NCBI RefSeq assembly: GCF_001458695.1
Contig: NZ_LN885086.1
Location: 300,001-332,000 of the forward strand
Reading direction: 5' to 3'
DNA from: Candidatus Nitrospira inopinata
GTDB lineage: Bacteria > Nitrospirota > Nitrospiria > Nitrospirales > Nitrospiraceae
DNA length: 32,000 bases
Shown here: positions 14,853-26,487 of the stretch, piece after piece
Layout of the letters: each line of letters starts with the position of its first letter
Numbering within the stretch: the stretch's first letter is position 1
Program-made: the position numbers and the translations under genes
The notes under the pieces: model-generated
Told to the model about the DNA's origin: nothing
Databases searched by the model: none
What the model saw: the letters and a program-made list of their open reading frames with translations, nothing else

Positions 14853-17158
14853 GACCTCGCCTCGGCCACTTGACGGCGGACGTCCCGCGCCGCCTCGACC
14901 ATGTTAGTCAGCGCCGCCTCGACCTCCGACCACCCTCTGGTCTTGAGCCCGCAATCGGGATTCACCCACAGCCGCTCCGGCGACACAACACGGCCGGCTC
15001 GAAGCAAGAGGTCCGCCATTTCTTTATGGTCCGGCACGCGCGGCGAATGGATGTCGTACACGCCGGGGCCGATCTCGTTGGGATACTGAAAACGAGCGAA
15101 GTCTCCGAGCAACTCCATCCTCGAGCGGGAGGTCTCGATCGATATCACATCGGCGTCCAGTTCCGCGACCGCGCCAAGGATATCGCCGAACTCCGAATAA
15201 CACATGTGGGTATGGATCTGAGTGTCATCCCGCACACCGCCGGTAGCCAACCGAAACGCCTCCACCGCCCAGCGAAGATACGCTTCCCACTCACGGCGGC
15301 GGAGGGGCAACCCTTCCCGGAGCGCCGGTTCATCGACCTGGATCATCGCAATGCCGGCCCGCTCCAGGTCGAGCACCTCGTCGCGGAGCGCCAGGGCGAT
15401 CTGCCGGCAGGTCTCCTCGCGGGGCTGGTCGTCCCGCACAAAGGACCATTGGAGCATCGTGACCGGTCCGGTGAGCATGCCCTTGACCGGTCGGGACGTG
15501 AGCGACTGCGCATACGTCGCCCATTCCACGGTCATGGGACGAGGCCGCGAGACGTCACCGACGATCACCGGCGGCTTCACGCAGCGAGAGCCGTAACTCT
15601 GCACCCAGCCCTGTTCCGTGATGATGAAGCCCTTCAATTGCTCGCCGAAGTACTCCACCATGTCGGTGCGCTCGAATTCGCCGTGCACCAACACATCCAA
15701 GCCAATCGCTTCCTGTCTTTGGACGCACCGCCGGATCTCCTCTTTCAAAAACACCTCATACTCAGCGGGCGCCATCCGCCCAGCCCGCCAGGCGGCCCTG
15801 GCAGCCCGCACGGCTTCGGTCTGAGGAAACGATCCGATCGTGGTCGTGGGAAACGGCGGAAGATTGAAGCAAGCCTTTTGTTTGGCGGCGCGAACCGGAT
15901 AGGGTGAGTGTCGCCGGATCATCGAATCGGTCACCCCCTTTATTCGATTCCGCACTGTGGGATTACAGACCAGGGGCGACATCGCTCGACTTGATCGCGC
16001 AGCTCGTGATTCATCAAACCACGGTCCTTCCGGCCTGTCCGATTGAGCCGCGTCAGCCAGGGCCCGCAGCTCGACCAGTTTTTGCTCCGCGAAGGCGAGC
16101 CAACCGCGAACCTGCCTGTCCAACTTCGTCTCTTGACGGACGTCCACCGGCACATGGAGCAACGAGCAGGATGGCGCAGCCAACACTCGGTTGGCGCCCA
16201 AGGCCATGACGGCTCGTCTCACGATCGCATGGGCCGCGTCGAGATCGGCTCGCCACACGTTCCGGCTGTCGATCACCCCCACGGATAGATCCATCGACGG
16301 AGGCAAAGAGGCCAAGACCTGGTCCAATTGCTCCGGCGCTCGCACGAGATCAATGTGCAAGGCCTCGCAGCCGGACGCGACGGCAATGGAGAGATTGTCT
16401 TCGAGCGCGCCGAAATAGGTCGTCAGCATCAGTTTGGGACGGTCGTTGTTTCCGGTCAGCTTGGCCAATGCCAGGCGGTAGGCCTCCTTCGCCGGATGAT
16501 CGAGGTCGAGCACCAGGCAGGGTTCATCGAGCTGCACCCAGGCCACTCGTCGCTCCGCCAGTTGACGGAGGAGCTGCTCATACACCGGCAACAGCCGATC
16601 CAACAGATGAAGAGTGGTCTGTTCCCCGGTGTTTCCCATCATTTTCGATAGCAACAGAAATGTCACAGGCCCCAGGACGACCGGCCGGGGTTCAATGCCA
16701 AGAGCGCGGGCCTCATCGAGCTCCGCCAACAGTTTCGAGGCATCGAGGGAAAACCGCTGAGCTTGCTCAAGCTCCGGCACGATATAGTGGTAGTTGGTAT
16801 CGAACCACTTGGTCATTTCCAAGGCGGGCACATCGATGCCGGCCTGTCGGTCTTGTCGTCCGCGCGCCATGGCAAAGTACCGGACCAGCGGATCGGCAAT
16901 CTCCCGGTACCGTGACGGCACGGCTCCCACAGCCACAGCCGTGTCCAACACATGGTCGTAGAGCGAAAAATCGCCGATCGGGATCAGGTCGATGCCCGCC
17001 TCCTTCATTACAGACCAATGGCGGCGCCTCAACTCGGCGGCGGTCCGGTGCAACTCCTTCGTGGTGAGCCGACCGGACCAAAATGATTCGAGCGCTTTCT
17101 TGAGCTCGCGGGACGCGCCGATCCTGGGATAACCGAGACAGGTGACAAGAACAGACAT
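14849..17158 (-). CDS. metE: Cobalamin-independent methionine synthase (5-methyltetrahydropteroyltriglutamate--homocysteine S-methyltransferase)
   Basis: 769 aa. N-terminus GYPRIGASRELKKALESFW. The C-terminal half has TTIGSFPQT, the HMCYS zinc ligands and WVNPDCGLKTR. Confidence 0.95.
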   Translation of the reverse strand: MSVLVTCLGYPRIGASRELKKALESFWSGRLTTKELHRTAAELRRRHWSVMKEAGIDLIPIGDFSLYDHVLDTAVAVGAVPSRYREIADPLVRYFAMARGRQDRQAGIDVPALEMTKWFDTNYHYIVPELEQAQRFSLDASKLLAELDEARALGIEPRPVVLGPVTFLLLSKMMGNTGEQTTLHLLDRLLPVYEQLLRQLAERRVAWVQLDEPCLVLDLDHPAKEAYRLALAKLTGNNDRPKLMLTTYFGALEDNLSIAVASGCEALHIDLVRAPEQLDQVLASLPPSMDLSVGVIDSRNVWRADLDAAHAIVRRAVMALGANRVLAAPSCSLLHVPVDVRQETKLDRQVRGWLAFAEQKLVELRALADAAQSDRPEGPWFDESRAARSSRAMSPLVCNPTVRNRIKGVTDSMIRRHSPYPVRAAKQKACFNLPPFPTTTIGSFPQTEAVRAARAAWRAGRMAPAEYEVFLKEEIRRCVQRQEAIGLDVLVHGEFERTDMVEYFGEQLKGFIITEQGWVQSYGSRCVKPPVIVGDVSRPRPMTVEWATYAQSLTSRPVKGMLTGPVTMLQWSFVRDDQPREETCRQIALALRDEVLDLERAGIAMIQVDEPALREGLPLRRREWEAYLRWAVEAFRLATGGVRDDTQIHTHMCYSEFGDILGAVAELDADVISIETSRSRMELLGDFARFQYPNEIGPGVYDIHSPRVPDHKEMADLLLRAGRVVSPERLWVNPDCGLKTRGWSEVEAALTNMVEAARDVRRQVAEARS

Positions 17159-17229
17159 GCGAGAGGCTCCTTTCGTTCAACGGGTCCCGTTTTGACAACG
17201 TGTCTCCACATCTCACCGGCCCGTCACCG

Positions 17230-18248
17230 TCAGAACGTTTCGTCGAGGGCGACCTCCCCCGTCACGCCCACTTGATAGGCGGACACCCGCCGTTCGAAAA
17301 AGTTGGCGAGCTCCTGCACATCCTGAAGATCCATGAAGGGGAACGGGTTCCTCGACCCAAATCGTTTCTGAAGGCCGAGCGCCGCCAGCCGTTGGTCGGC
17401 GACACATTCCAGATAGTGTCTCATGTCGCGCAGAGAGAGGCCGGCGATCCCTTCGCCTAACAGATCCTCCGCGAACAGGGTCTCGCAGGCGACGGCCTCC
17501 TCGATCATCCGTCTCACGTCGGCTTCAAACCGCTCGTCGAACAGTTCCGGCTCCTCGCGCCGCACCTGCGTGATGACTTCGAACGCAAAGGCCATGTGGG
17601 CGCTTTCGTCGCGAAACACCCAGTTGGTGCCGCCGGCCAGTCCGTGCAACAGACCGCGCGACCGCAAAAAGTACACATAGGCGAACGCGGCGAAGAAAAA
17701 CAAACCCTCGACACAGGCGGCAAAGCAGGCGAGATTTCTGAGAAACAGGCTCCGCTTCTCGCGGGAATCCAGCACATCCAGCCGGTGGATCGCCTCCATC
17801 CATCGGAAACAGAACTCCGCCTTCTTGCGAATGGACGGCACGGTTTCCACGGCGGCAAAGGCGGCGAATCGTTCATCGGGATCGGCCACGTAGGTATCAA
17901 GCAGGGTCAGATAAAACTGCACGTGCAACGCTTCTTCGTAGAGTTGGCGCGAGAGGTACATCCGGGCCTCCGGCGCGTTGAGGTGTTTGTAGAGACTGAG
18001 CACCACATTGTTGGCGACGATGGAATCGCCCGTGGCGAAAAAGGCCACGAGCCGCTGCACCAGGTGTCGTTCGGCTTGGCTCATCCTCGATCGCAAATCG
18101 CCCACGTCGGTCGAAAAGTCCACCTCCTCGACCGTCCAGGTGTTCTTGATGGCGGCGCGGTACATCTCATAGAACACCGGATAGGTCATGGGACGGAGCG
18201 TCAAACAGAAGCCGGGATCGAGCAACCGCGCCGGTCGTGTCACCTGGC

Positions 18249-18252
<4 letters not shown>
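17230..18252 (-). CDS. nrdB: Class I ribonucleotide reductase, beta (R2) subunit
   Basis: Di-iron ligand context FFATGDSIV, EEALHVQFY (ExxH plus Tyr at +4), EGLFFFAAF and RDESAHMAF. The ATG at 18252 overlaps the nrdA stop (ATGA). The 636-aa ORF in the track is an artefactual upstream extension. Confidence 0.93.
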
Positions 18253-20726
<2,474 letters not shown>

Positions 20727-21000
20727 GAAGATCCTCCTCGCTTGGTCGAGTCGAACACGGGATGCAGTCGTTGCGACGGACCGCAAGGAGGCGGCGCCGG
20801 ACCGAAACGCGCAGAAAAACACAGACGCGTTCGGGCCGACCGGCATCCCCGCGGATGCTTCATCACGCCCACAAAAATGGAGAGGAGACGGTCGTGAGAT
20901 CGGGACGGAAGAAAAGACGTGACCCCGAGCCAGCTCAGACCGACCGCCCTCCCTCGAGGCGTCAAGGTCGAACCGGTTTCGGTTGTCTCTCCGTCGCCGG

Positions 21001-21180
21001 GTGCCGGCAGGTCTTCGGGCTCGCGAGCATATCGGCTGTCGCCGATCGCCTTCCCCGCGACTTCCCGGCCTCCTCGGCCAGTGTTTGCTTGCGGGGTCGT
21101 TCTCGCTTACCGCTGCGGGGCAGCCCCGGATTCACACCGGGTTCCCTCTTCGTCACCGACGAACGTCGGTGAACCAGCAC
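21001..21180 (-). promoter_or_regulatory. Cobalamin (B12) riboswitch aptamer in the nrdA leader
   Basis: The minus strand reads GTGCTGGttCACCGACgttcGTCGGTGacgAAGAGGGAAcCCGGTGTGAATCCGGGgCTGCCCCGCAGCGGTAAGcg...aaCACTGGCCgaggaGGCCGGGAAGtc...GAGCCCGAAGACCTGCCGGCAC. The conserved AGGGAA, GGTG.GAA.CC, CCCGC..C.GTAA and CACTG..GGGAAG elements and the B12 box (GCCCGAAGACCTGCC) are all present. P1 is GTGCTGG (21180-21174) pairing with CCGGCAC (21007-21001). Confidence 0.9.
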
Positions 21181-21187
21181 GCGCGGG

Positions 21188-21216
21188 AGTCTAGAAGGGC
21201 GCGATCATGTTGTCAA
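21188..21216 (-). promoter_or_regulatory. Sigma70-type promoter, TTGACA-N17-TAGACT, placing the transcription start just upstream of riboswitch P1
   Basis: -35 TTGACA at 21216-21211, -10 TAGACT at 21193-21188, 17-nt spacer. P1 of the riboswitch begins at 21180. Confidence 0.55.
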
Positions 21217-21264
21217 GGGGGAGGAAGTGCTCATCCGAAAAAAAGCGCCCCTGCTCGACCTCCA

Positions 21265-21975
21265 TCAATGAGAGACGGCGACGGCAGACCGACTCTCGTC
21301 ACTTCCCCTCACGACGGGATCGAGGTTGAACGCAATGCTGATGCGGGGCGCGGCCCCGGTATAGACGTTGACGGCATGGAACAGCCAGCCTGGAAACAGC
21401 AAACACTGGCCGGCGGAAGGAGTGAAGGATACGGTGGTGCCGGCATCGTGCAGTTCCGGCGTCTTGTATCGCAGATAGGGAGCCAACATCCGAGGCAAAC
21501 AGCCTCGCGGATCGAACAGCCGCAACTCGCCGCCGCACGAACCGCTTGTGTCGCCGGCTGCCACGTAGTACACGCCGGACCAAAAACTGCCGGGATGGGC
21601 ATGGGCGGCATTGCTGCCGCTCTTTCGGTGAACGTTGGCCCACACCTCGGCCACTTGCCACTCAAGCCTTCTCTCGCCCCGCCCGGTTTCCTCCGCCAGT
21701 TCCGTCATGTGCGAGGCGACCCCGATGACCCGTTCGAGCAACTCGCGCAACGGCGGTCCGGCCCATTCCAACATGGCAAGATCGTGCGGCGACGACCAGC
21801 CGACGACCTCGGGATCGGCATGGGCCTGGTGCGTGGCTTCCCGCTCCAGGATCGCGCGCGACAAATCGGCATTGAGCCGTTCGTGCTGCTGCACCGTAAA
21901 AATGAGCAGCGGCGTCGCAAACAGGGGGGCGATCGACACTTCGATTTCTCGGGGCACGGCGGGTTCGCTCGACAT
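21265..21975 (-). CDS. 2OG-Fe(II) oxygenase superfamily protein (TIGR02466-like)
   Basis: AHAHPGSFWSGVYYV...GGELRLFDPR...LLFPGWLFHAV...RISIAFN gives the HxH/D...H facial-triad context typical of this family. ATG at 21975 is preceded by AGGAAG. Confidence 0.7.
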   Translation of the reverse strand: MSSEPAVPREIEVSIAPLFATPLLIFTVQQHERLNADLSRAILEREATHQAHADPEVVGWSSPHDLAMLEWAGPPLRELLERVIGVASHMTELAEETGRGERRLEWQVAEVWANVHRKSGSNAAHAHPGSFWSGVYYVAAGDTSGSCGGELRLFDPRGCLPRMLAPYLRYKTPELHDAGTTVSFTPSAGQCLLFPGWLFHAVNVYTGAAPRISIAFNLDPVVRGSDESRSAVAVSH

Positions 21976-22261
21976 CAAGATACTTCCTGCTTGCAACCCG
22001 GTACGGGGAGGCACTGTATTGTTCGAGGCGATCGATGTCAAGCGCGTGCGGAGCGTTGTCCGACGGAGTCGCTCGCCGCAGGATGCCGCCGGCAACGCGA
22101 GTTCGCCGGCCTTGCGTTCGCAACCGGCCGATCAAGCCGCAGTGCTCACGATTCTCTTGGAGCGCGGCGACCAAAGAGTAGCTATTCTCCCTCATTCCGG
22201 CTACAATGCGGCCTCGTATCGCCGATCGATCCATGACCCCATGTCATAACGCCATGATCCC

Positions 22262-24085
22262 ATGACCACACAACCCGTTCGAACAAAACCGACGCCGGAA
22301 ACCCATCTTCAACGGACGCTCAATTCCGCCCTGAACGACATGGCGGCGGAGGCGGTGCTGGCCGCGATCTTTCATCAGGAAAACGGCCCGCTCGTCGAAC
22401 GGGCGTCGCGCGGGTTCACCCCACGCGACGTTCAGGCGATTCTTCGGACGCTGTCGGGATACGGAACCGCCATCCCCGCCGCATCGGCCCAGGATCAAGA
22501 CGCGGGACGGACGATCCGCCTGCGACTGATCGTGCCCGGCGCCAAATCATTGTTGGGCGTTCCACTCCGTCACCTTAATCGCATCTACGGTTATCTGGTC
22601 ATCGGGCGCAAAGAAGGCGTCGCGTTCTCAAAAAAAGACAAAGCGATGCTGGAACAGGCCTGCGACAACGTGACAAAAGCGCTGGAGCGGGAAGGACTGT
22701 TCAACACCGACGTCGTCCTCGGCCGCCCTTACGTGGCGCAGGAACCGGCGCCGCCGTCACCGGCGGGAACGGAGATGTTTCCGGCGTTGACGAAACACTT
22801 CTCCCCCGAGCTCCAAACGAAGATCGAGGCGGTCTTGACCGAGGCCGGTCAATTTGTCGCCTTCGACCGCGCCTGGGCCTGTTACTACGATCCCCTGGCC
22901 GGAAACGTGGAAGTGCTGGGCGTCGTCGGAGACGCCAAAAGCGAGCAAAAGGATGCCAAAAAAGACCTGAAACCCGGTCAACGGTTGACGCTCGACAGTT
23001 CCGCCGCGGGCTGGGCCGTCCGCCATCGCAAACCCCGCGTCGATCACGATCTCGCCTCGACGCAAGGCCGGTTTTTGGACCATAAACATTTGTTCAAAGA
23101 TCGCTTCCAATCCTCGCTGGTCGTCCCGTTCTTCGTTCGCGGCCAAGTGGGCGGCACCCTCACATTGGGCTCAAAGGAACCCCAACGGTATCAGACGACC
23201 GACGCCCGCACGCTGGAGCCCGTGATCCTCAAGCTGGCGGATCTGCTCCAGACCCCGGCCGTCGCTCCCGCCGCCGTATCCACGACGGGCGACGCCGCGC
23301 ACCAACCGGCCTCCGCGGTCCCGCTGGAACCCATCATCCGCAAACAGGAGCGCCAAGCCGCCATCGGCGAGTTCAGCGCGTTTCTGGCCACCGAGATTCG
23401 GGAACCGTTGGCTTCGATCCGCTCGCAGCTCGAAGAAGTCACGGCGGAAGGCATCTTGGACTTCGATCCCCAGACGCGCGTGGAAAATGCGATGCGCGAC
23501 CTCATTCGCATCGAGGCGATTTTGAACGAGATCCTCGACTTCGCCAAGCCGCTGGAGCTCAATCGCCAGCTTTGCCGCGTCCCCGAAGTCCTGGAAAGTT
23601 CGCTCATGGTGCTCGCGACGGATCTCGAGGCCACCCGCATTCACGTCACCAAGGATTACGCCACCATCCTGGCTCCGGTACGCGGAGACGAAGCCAAACT
23701 CCAGCAGGTCTTCTTGAGCATCTTCCGAAACGCCTGCGAGGCCATGACTCCCGGCGGCCACCTTCACATTCAAGTCACCCAACATCGAGCGGGGAAGGGG
23801 GTGGACGTGCAGGTTCTCATCAAGAACAACGGCGCGCCGATTCCGGCCGACCTCGTGGACAAGGTGTTCGAGCCTTTCTTCACCACCAAACGATCCGGTA
23901 TCGGCTTGGGACTCCCCACCGTCAAAAAAATCGTCGAGGAGCACGGCGGGACCATCGCCATCAGCAGCGCCCCCGACGAGGGAACCACCGTCACCATCAA
24001 GCTCCCGGGTGTCAGCAGAGGTCCTTCCTTCCGCCATCGGGGGAGAGGACGCCGTCCCCATCATCGCCGGACAACGACCAACTGA
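22262..24085 (+). CDS. GAF-domain sensor histidine-kinase-like protein; intact HATPase_c domain, but Thr at the H-box phospho-acceptor position
   Basis: N box LSIFRNACEAM, FEPFFTTK, and the G2 box GIGLGLPTVKKIVEEHGG are present. The DHp H-box reads FSAFLATEIREPL. GAF-like regions lie upstream. Confidence 0.85.
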   Translation: MTTQPVRTKPTPETHLQRTLNSALNDMAAEAVLAAIFHQENGPLVERASRGFTPRDVQAILRTLSGYGTAIPAASAQDQDAGRTIRLRLIVPGAKSLLGVPLRHLNRIYGYLVIGRKEGVAFSKKDKAMLEQACDNVTKALEREGLFNTDVVLGRPYVAQEPAPPSPAGTEMFPALTKHFSPELQTKIEAVLTEAGQFVAFDRAWACYYDPLAGNVEVLGVVGDAKSEQKDAKKDLKPGQRLTLDSSAAGWAVRHRKPRVDHDLASTQGRFLDHKHLFKDRFQSSLVVPFFVRGQVGGTLTLGSKEPQRYQTTDARTLEPVILKLADLLQTPAVAPAAVSTTGDAAHQPASAVPLEPIIRKQERQAAIGEFSAFLATEIREPLASIRSQLEEVTAEGILDFDPQTRVENAMRDLIRIEAILNEILDFAKPLELNRQLCRVPEVLESSLMVLATDLEATRIHVTKDYATILAPVRGDEAKLQQVFLSIFRNACEAMTPGGHLHIQVTQHRAGKGVDVQVLIKNNGAPIPADLVDKVFEPFFTTKRSGIGLGLPTVKKIVEEHGGTIAISSAPDEGTTVTIKLPGVSRGPSFRHRGRGRRPHHRRTTTN

Positions 24086-24136
24086 GCGGCCCCAACGCGC
24101 CGGAGGTGGGGGATGTCGCCGCCGTATCCGGGCCGT

Positions 24137-24166
24137 CCGACGGCACCCTCGTCGGTGGTGTTTTCC
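24137..24166 (+). terminator. Weak candidate intrinsic terminator downstream of the kinase gene
   Basis: CCGACG-gcaccct-CGTCGG (24137-24155) followed by TGGTGTTTTCC. The stem is only 6 bp and the T-run is short. Confidence 0.3.
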
Positions 24167-24313
24167 GCTTCGTTGTCTTCGCGCTTTCCGTTTGACAGAG
24201 CCCGTTCGGCATGGCTATGATCCCGCTCGTTCGGCACCAGCCGGGCATCCGGCACCATGAAGATGATAACCGCGACCATTGTCTCTTCGTCTCTTCATCA
24301 AAGGAGTAGAGGT

Positions 24314-24679
24314 ATGAAATTCGTCACCCTCGCGACGGCGACGACGTTCACCGTCTTCTGTCTGATTTCGGTGGCCTCGGCCAACCCGGCTCTGTTACCC
24401 AAACACGAGGGCTATCCTATGAAGAAGTCCGAAAGCCCGGTGACAGGGCAACCCATCGCCAACGATCCCGGTCAATCGGACGCGCATGGCACCGATGCCT
24501 TGCTGAAGTCAGCAGAATCGATTAAGAAGACCGAACAACATCTGGTCAAGACGGACAACCAACGGATCGTCGGGAGTCAGGGGGCGGGCCGCCTGCCGGC
24601 CGTGCAAGGCCCGCAGGTCAAAATCGATCCTCCCGTCAAGTCAGCCACGAAAGTCAACCCGGACCGGAAGATTCCCTGA
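24314..24679 (+). CDS. Small secreted protein, hypothetical
   Basis: AAGGAG lies 7 nt upstream of the ATG at 24314. Signal peptide MKFVTLATATTFTVFCLISVASA. Confidence 0.55.
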   Translation: MKFVTLATATTFTVFCLISVASANPALLPKHEGYPMKKSESPVTGQPIANDPGQSDAHGTDALLKSAESIKKTEQHLVKTDNQRIVGSQGAGRLPAVQGPQVKIDPPVKSATKVNPDRKIP

Positions 24680-24693
24680 TCGCCTCACATCGG

Positions 24694-24723
24694 CGGCGGG
24701 GGCGGCAGTGATCGCCCCCGCTG
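24694..24723. terminator. GC-rich hairpin between convergent genes (possible bidirectional terminator)
   Basis: GCGGGGGC (24696-24703) and GCCCCCGC (24714-24721) pair with a 10-nt loop. No clear U-tract follows. Confidence 0.3.
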
Positions 24724-24777
24724 GCCGATGCGGTTCACTGGCTGCGAGCAATCAGTCTTCAGGGTACACGACCCTTT

Positions 24778-25317
24778 CTAATCGATTCGCAACCGAAATC
24801 GCCAGGGCTTGCGCGCCCACTCCCCCGCGTAGTCGACGCCGATCCTGGGAAACCGGTTAATCCGGCCGCGCGAAACGCGAGCGCCTCGATCCTCAAACCA
24901 TAGAGATTGCCTGGCCGTCAGATCGAGCCGATTAAGCGAGCGATCGATGCCGAACGCGCGGCAGAGACGACCGGGCCCGTCGATGATCTCGCCGTCAACT
25001 TCCACGGCTCTGATCAGCACCGCCGCCGGAAATCCTTCCCGTTCCGTGACCACATTGAGACAATGGTACACCCCGTAGATCAGATAGACGTACGCCACGC
25101 CGGGCGGCCCGAACATCACATCGGTTCGAGCGGTTCTCCCCTTCGAGGCATGACAGGCTTTGTCCGCGGTTCCCACGTAGGCTTCGACCTCGACGATTTT
25201 CCCGGCCAATACTCCTTGGCCGTTGTGTCGAACGAGGAATTTGCCGATTAGATCCCTGGCAACCGTGAGAGTCGGCCTTAAAAAATATGGTCGTGCGAGC
25301 ACCGTCGTCGGTTCCAT
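24778..25317 (-). CDS. mpg: DNA-3-methyladenine glycosylase (Mpg/AAG family)
   Basis: VARDLIGKFLV...GKIVEVEAY...DKACHASKGRTARTDVMFGPPGVAYVYLIYGVYHCLNVV...AVLIRA...GPGRLCRAFGI. Confidence 0.85.
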   Translation of the reverse strand: MEPTTVLARPYFLRPTLTVARDLIGKFLVRHNGQGVLAGKIVEVEAYVGTADKACHASKGRTARTDVMFGPPGVAYVYLIYGVYHCLNVVTEREGFPAAVLIRAVEVDGEIIDGPGRLCRAFGIDRSLNRLDLTARQSLWFEDRGARVSRGRINRFPRIGVDYAGEWARKPWRFRLRID

Positions 25318-25466
25318 CTCGCGCCCCTCGCTCCCGCCAGACCACGAGAGAGACATCCTATCCCCATGGACCATCCTTTGCCGCGTCCGTGTTCTTGGCT
25401 CAAAATTGCCGCACCCGGGCAGAGATTCCAGCCTCCGTTGCCCGACAAAAGGTTGATGGTTTTGAG

Positions 25467-26483
25467 TTAAGCGGAGAAGGTGTCCGTCGAGGGATCCAAT
25501 ACGCGATCCGGCACCAGATAGTTGGACACATAGTCGCGCACCGCAAGGTCGAGAGATATCATGGGCCGGTCATAACCGGTCGCTCGCAATTTCCCGATAT
25601 CGGCTTTGGTGTAGTATTGATAGCGAGAGCGCAGATCCTCGGGCATGTCGATGAATTCAATCTTCGGTTCTTTCCCCAATGCCCGAAACACGGACAGGGC
25701 CAATTGTTTCCACGTGTGCGCCTCGCCGGATCCGATGTTAAAGAGTCCGGCCGCCGTGGGATGATCAGCCAGGTACAGCGTCATCGCGACCGCGTCCTTC
25801 ACGTACAGAAAGTCCCGCTGCTGTTCACCGTCTTGATACTCCCGTCGGTAGCTTTTAAACAATCGGATCGTTCCCTCGGCTTGCGCCTGCGCCGTCGCCT
25901 TGTTCACCACGCTTCGCATGTCGCCCTTGTGGTCCTCATTGGGGCCGAATACGTTGAAGTACTTCAACCCCACGATTCGGTCGAGCACACCGGCCCGCCA
26001 CGCGTACCGATCAAACAATTGTTTGGAAAACCCGTAGGCATTCAGGGGACGCAGCCGATCCAGATCCGGGTCGGTGTCGCTCATGCCGCCGCTCCCGTCT
26101 CCATAGGTCGCCGCCGAGGAGGCATAGATGAACCGGGCGCCCGTTTCGAGCGCCCAGTGACAGAGGAACTTGGTGAACTCAAAGTTATTTTTAATAAGAT
26201 AGGCGACGTCGCGCTCCGTGGTGGACGAACAGGCGCCCATATGGAGGACGATATCGAATTTGCCCAATGATCCATTGAGCAAACGGGGCAACAGTTCGTC
26301 GGCTTCAAGATAATCTTGAAACCGAAGCGGACCCAAATGCCGCCATTTGTCCGCCGATCGCAAGCGGTCGACCAACACCAGGCGGTCGCAGCCCCGCCGA
26401 TTGAGCCCCCACACGAGGGCACTGCCGATAAAGCCCGCTCCTCCCGTAACAAGAACGCGACTTTTTTCGTCGAGGCGACTCAC
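25467..26483 (-). CDS. hldD: ADP-L-glycero-D-manno-heptose 6-epimerase
   Basis: VTGGAGFIGSALV, ...FIYASSAATYGDG..., NAYGFSKQLFD, LKYFNVFGPNEDHKGDMRSVV. GTG start 4 nt after the upstream stop. Confidence 0.85.
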   Translation of the reverse strand: MSRLDEKSRVLVTGGAGFIGSALVWGLNRRGCDRLVLVDRLRSADKWRHLGPLRFQDYLEADELLPRLLNGSLGKFDIVLHMGACSSTTERDVAYLIKNNFEFTKFLCHWALETGARFIYASSAATYGDGSGGMSDTDPDLDRLRPLNAYGFSKQLFDRYAWRAGVLDRIVGLKYFNVFGPNEDHKGDMRSVVNKATAQAQAEGTIRLFKSYRREYQDGEQQRDFLYVKDAVAMTLYLADHPTAAGLFNIGSGEAHTWKQLALSVFRALGKEPKIEFIDMPEDLRSRYQYYTKADIGKLRATGYDRPMISLDLAVRDYVSNYLVPDRVLDPSTDTFSA

Positions 26484-26487
26484 GCCG

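Noticed and set aside
17159-17229. I looked for a separate cobalamin or SAM riboswitch, promoter or terminator in front of metE
   Set aside because: Only 71 nt are available. None of the conserved B12-aptamer blocks are present, and the only hairpin has a 5-bp stem with no U-tract.
21238-21244. T7 run after the 2OG-oxygenase stop, considered as an intrinsic terminator
   Set aside because: I could not find a convincing GC-rich stem immediately upstream (at best 3 bp), so I did not call it as a feature. It may still contribute to termination.
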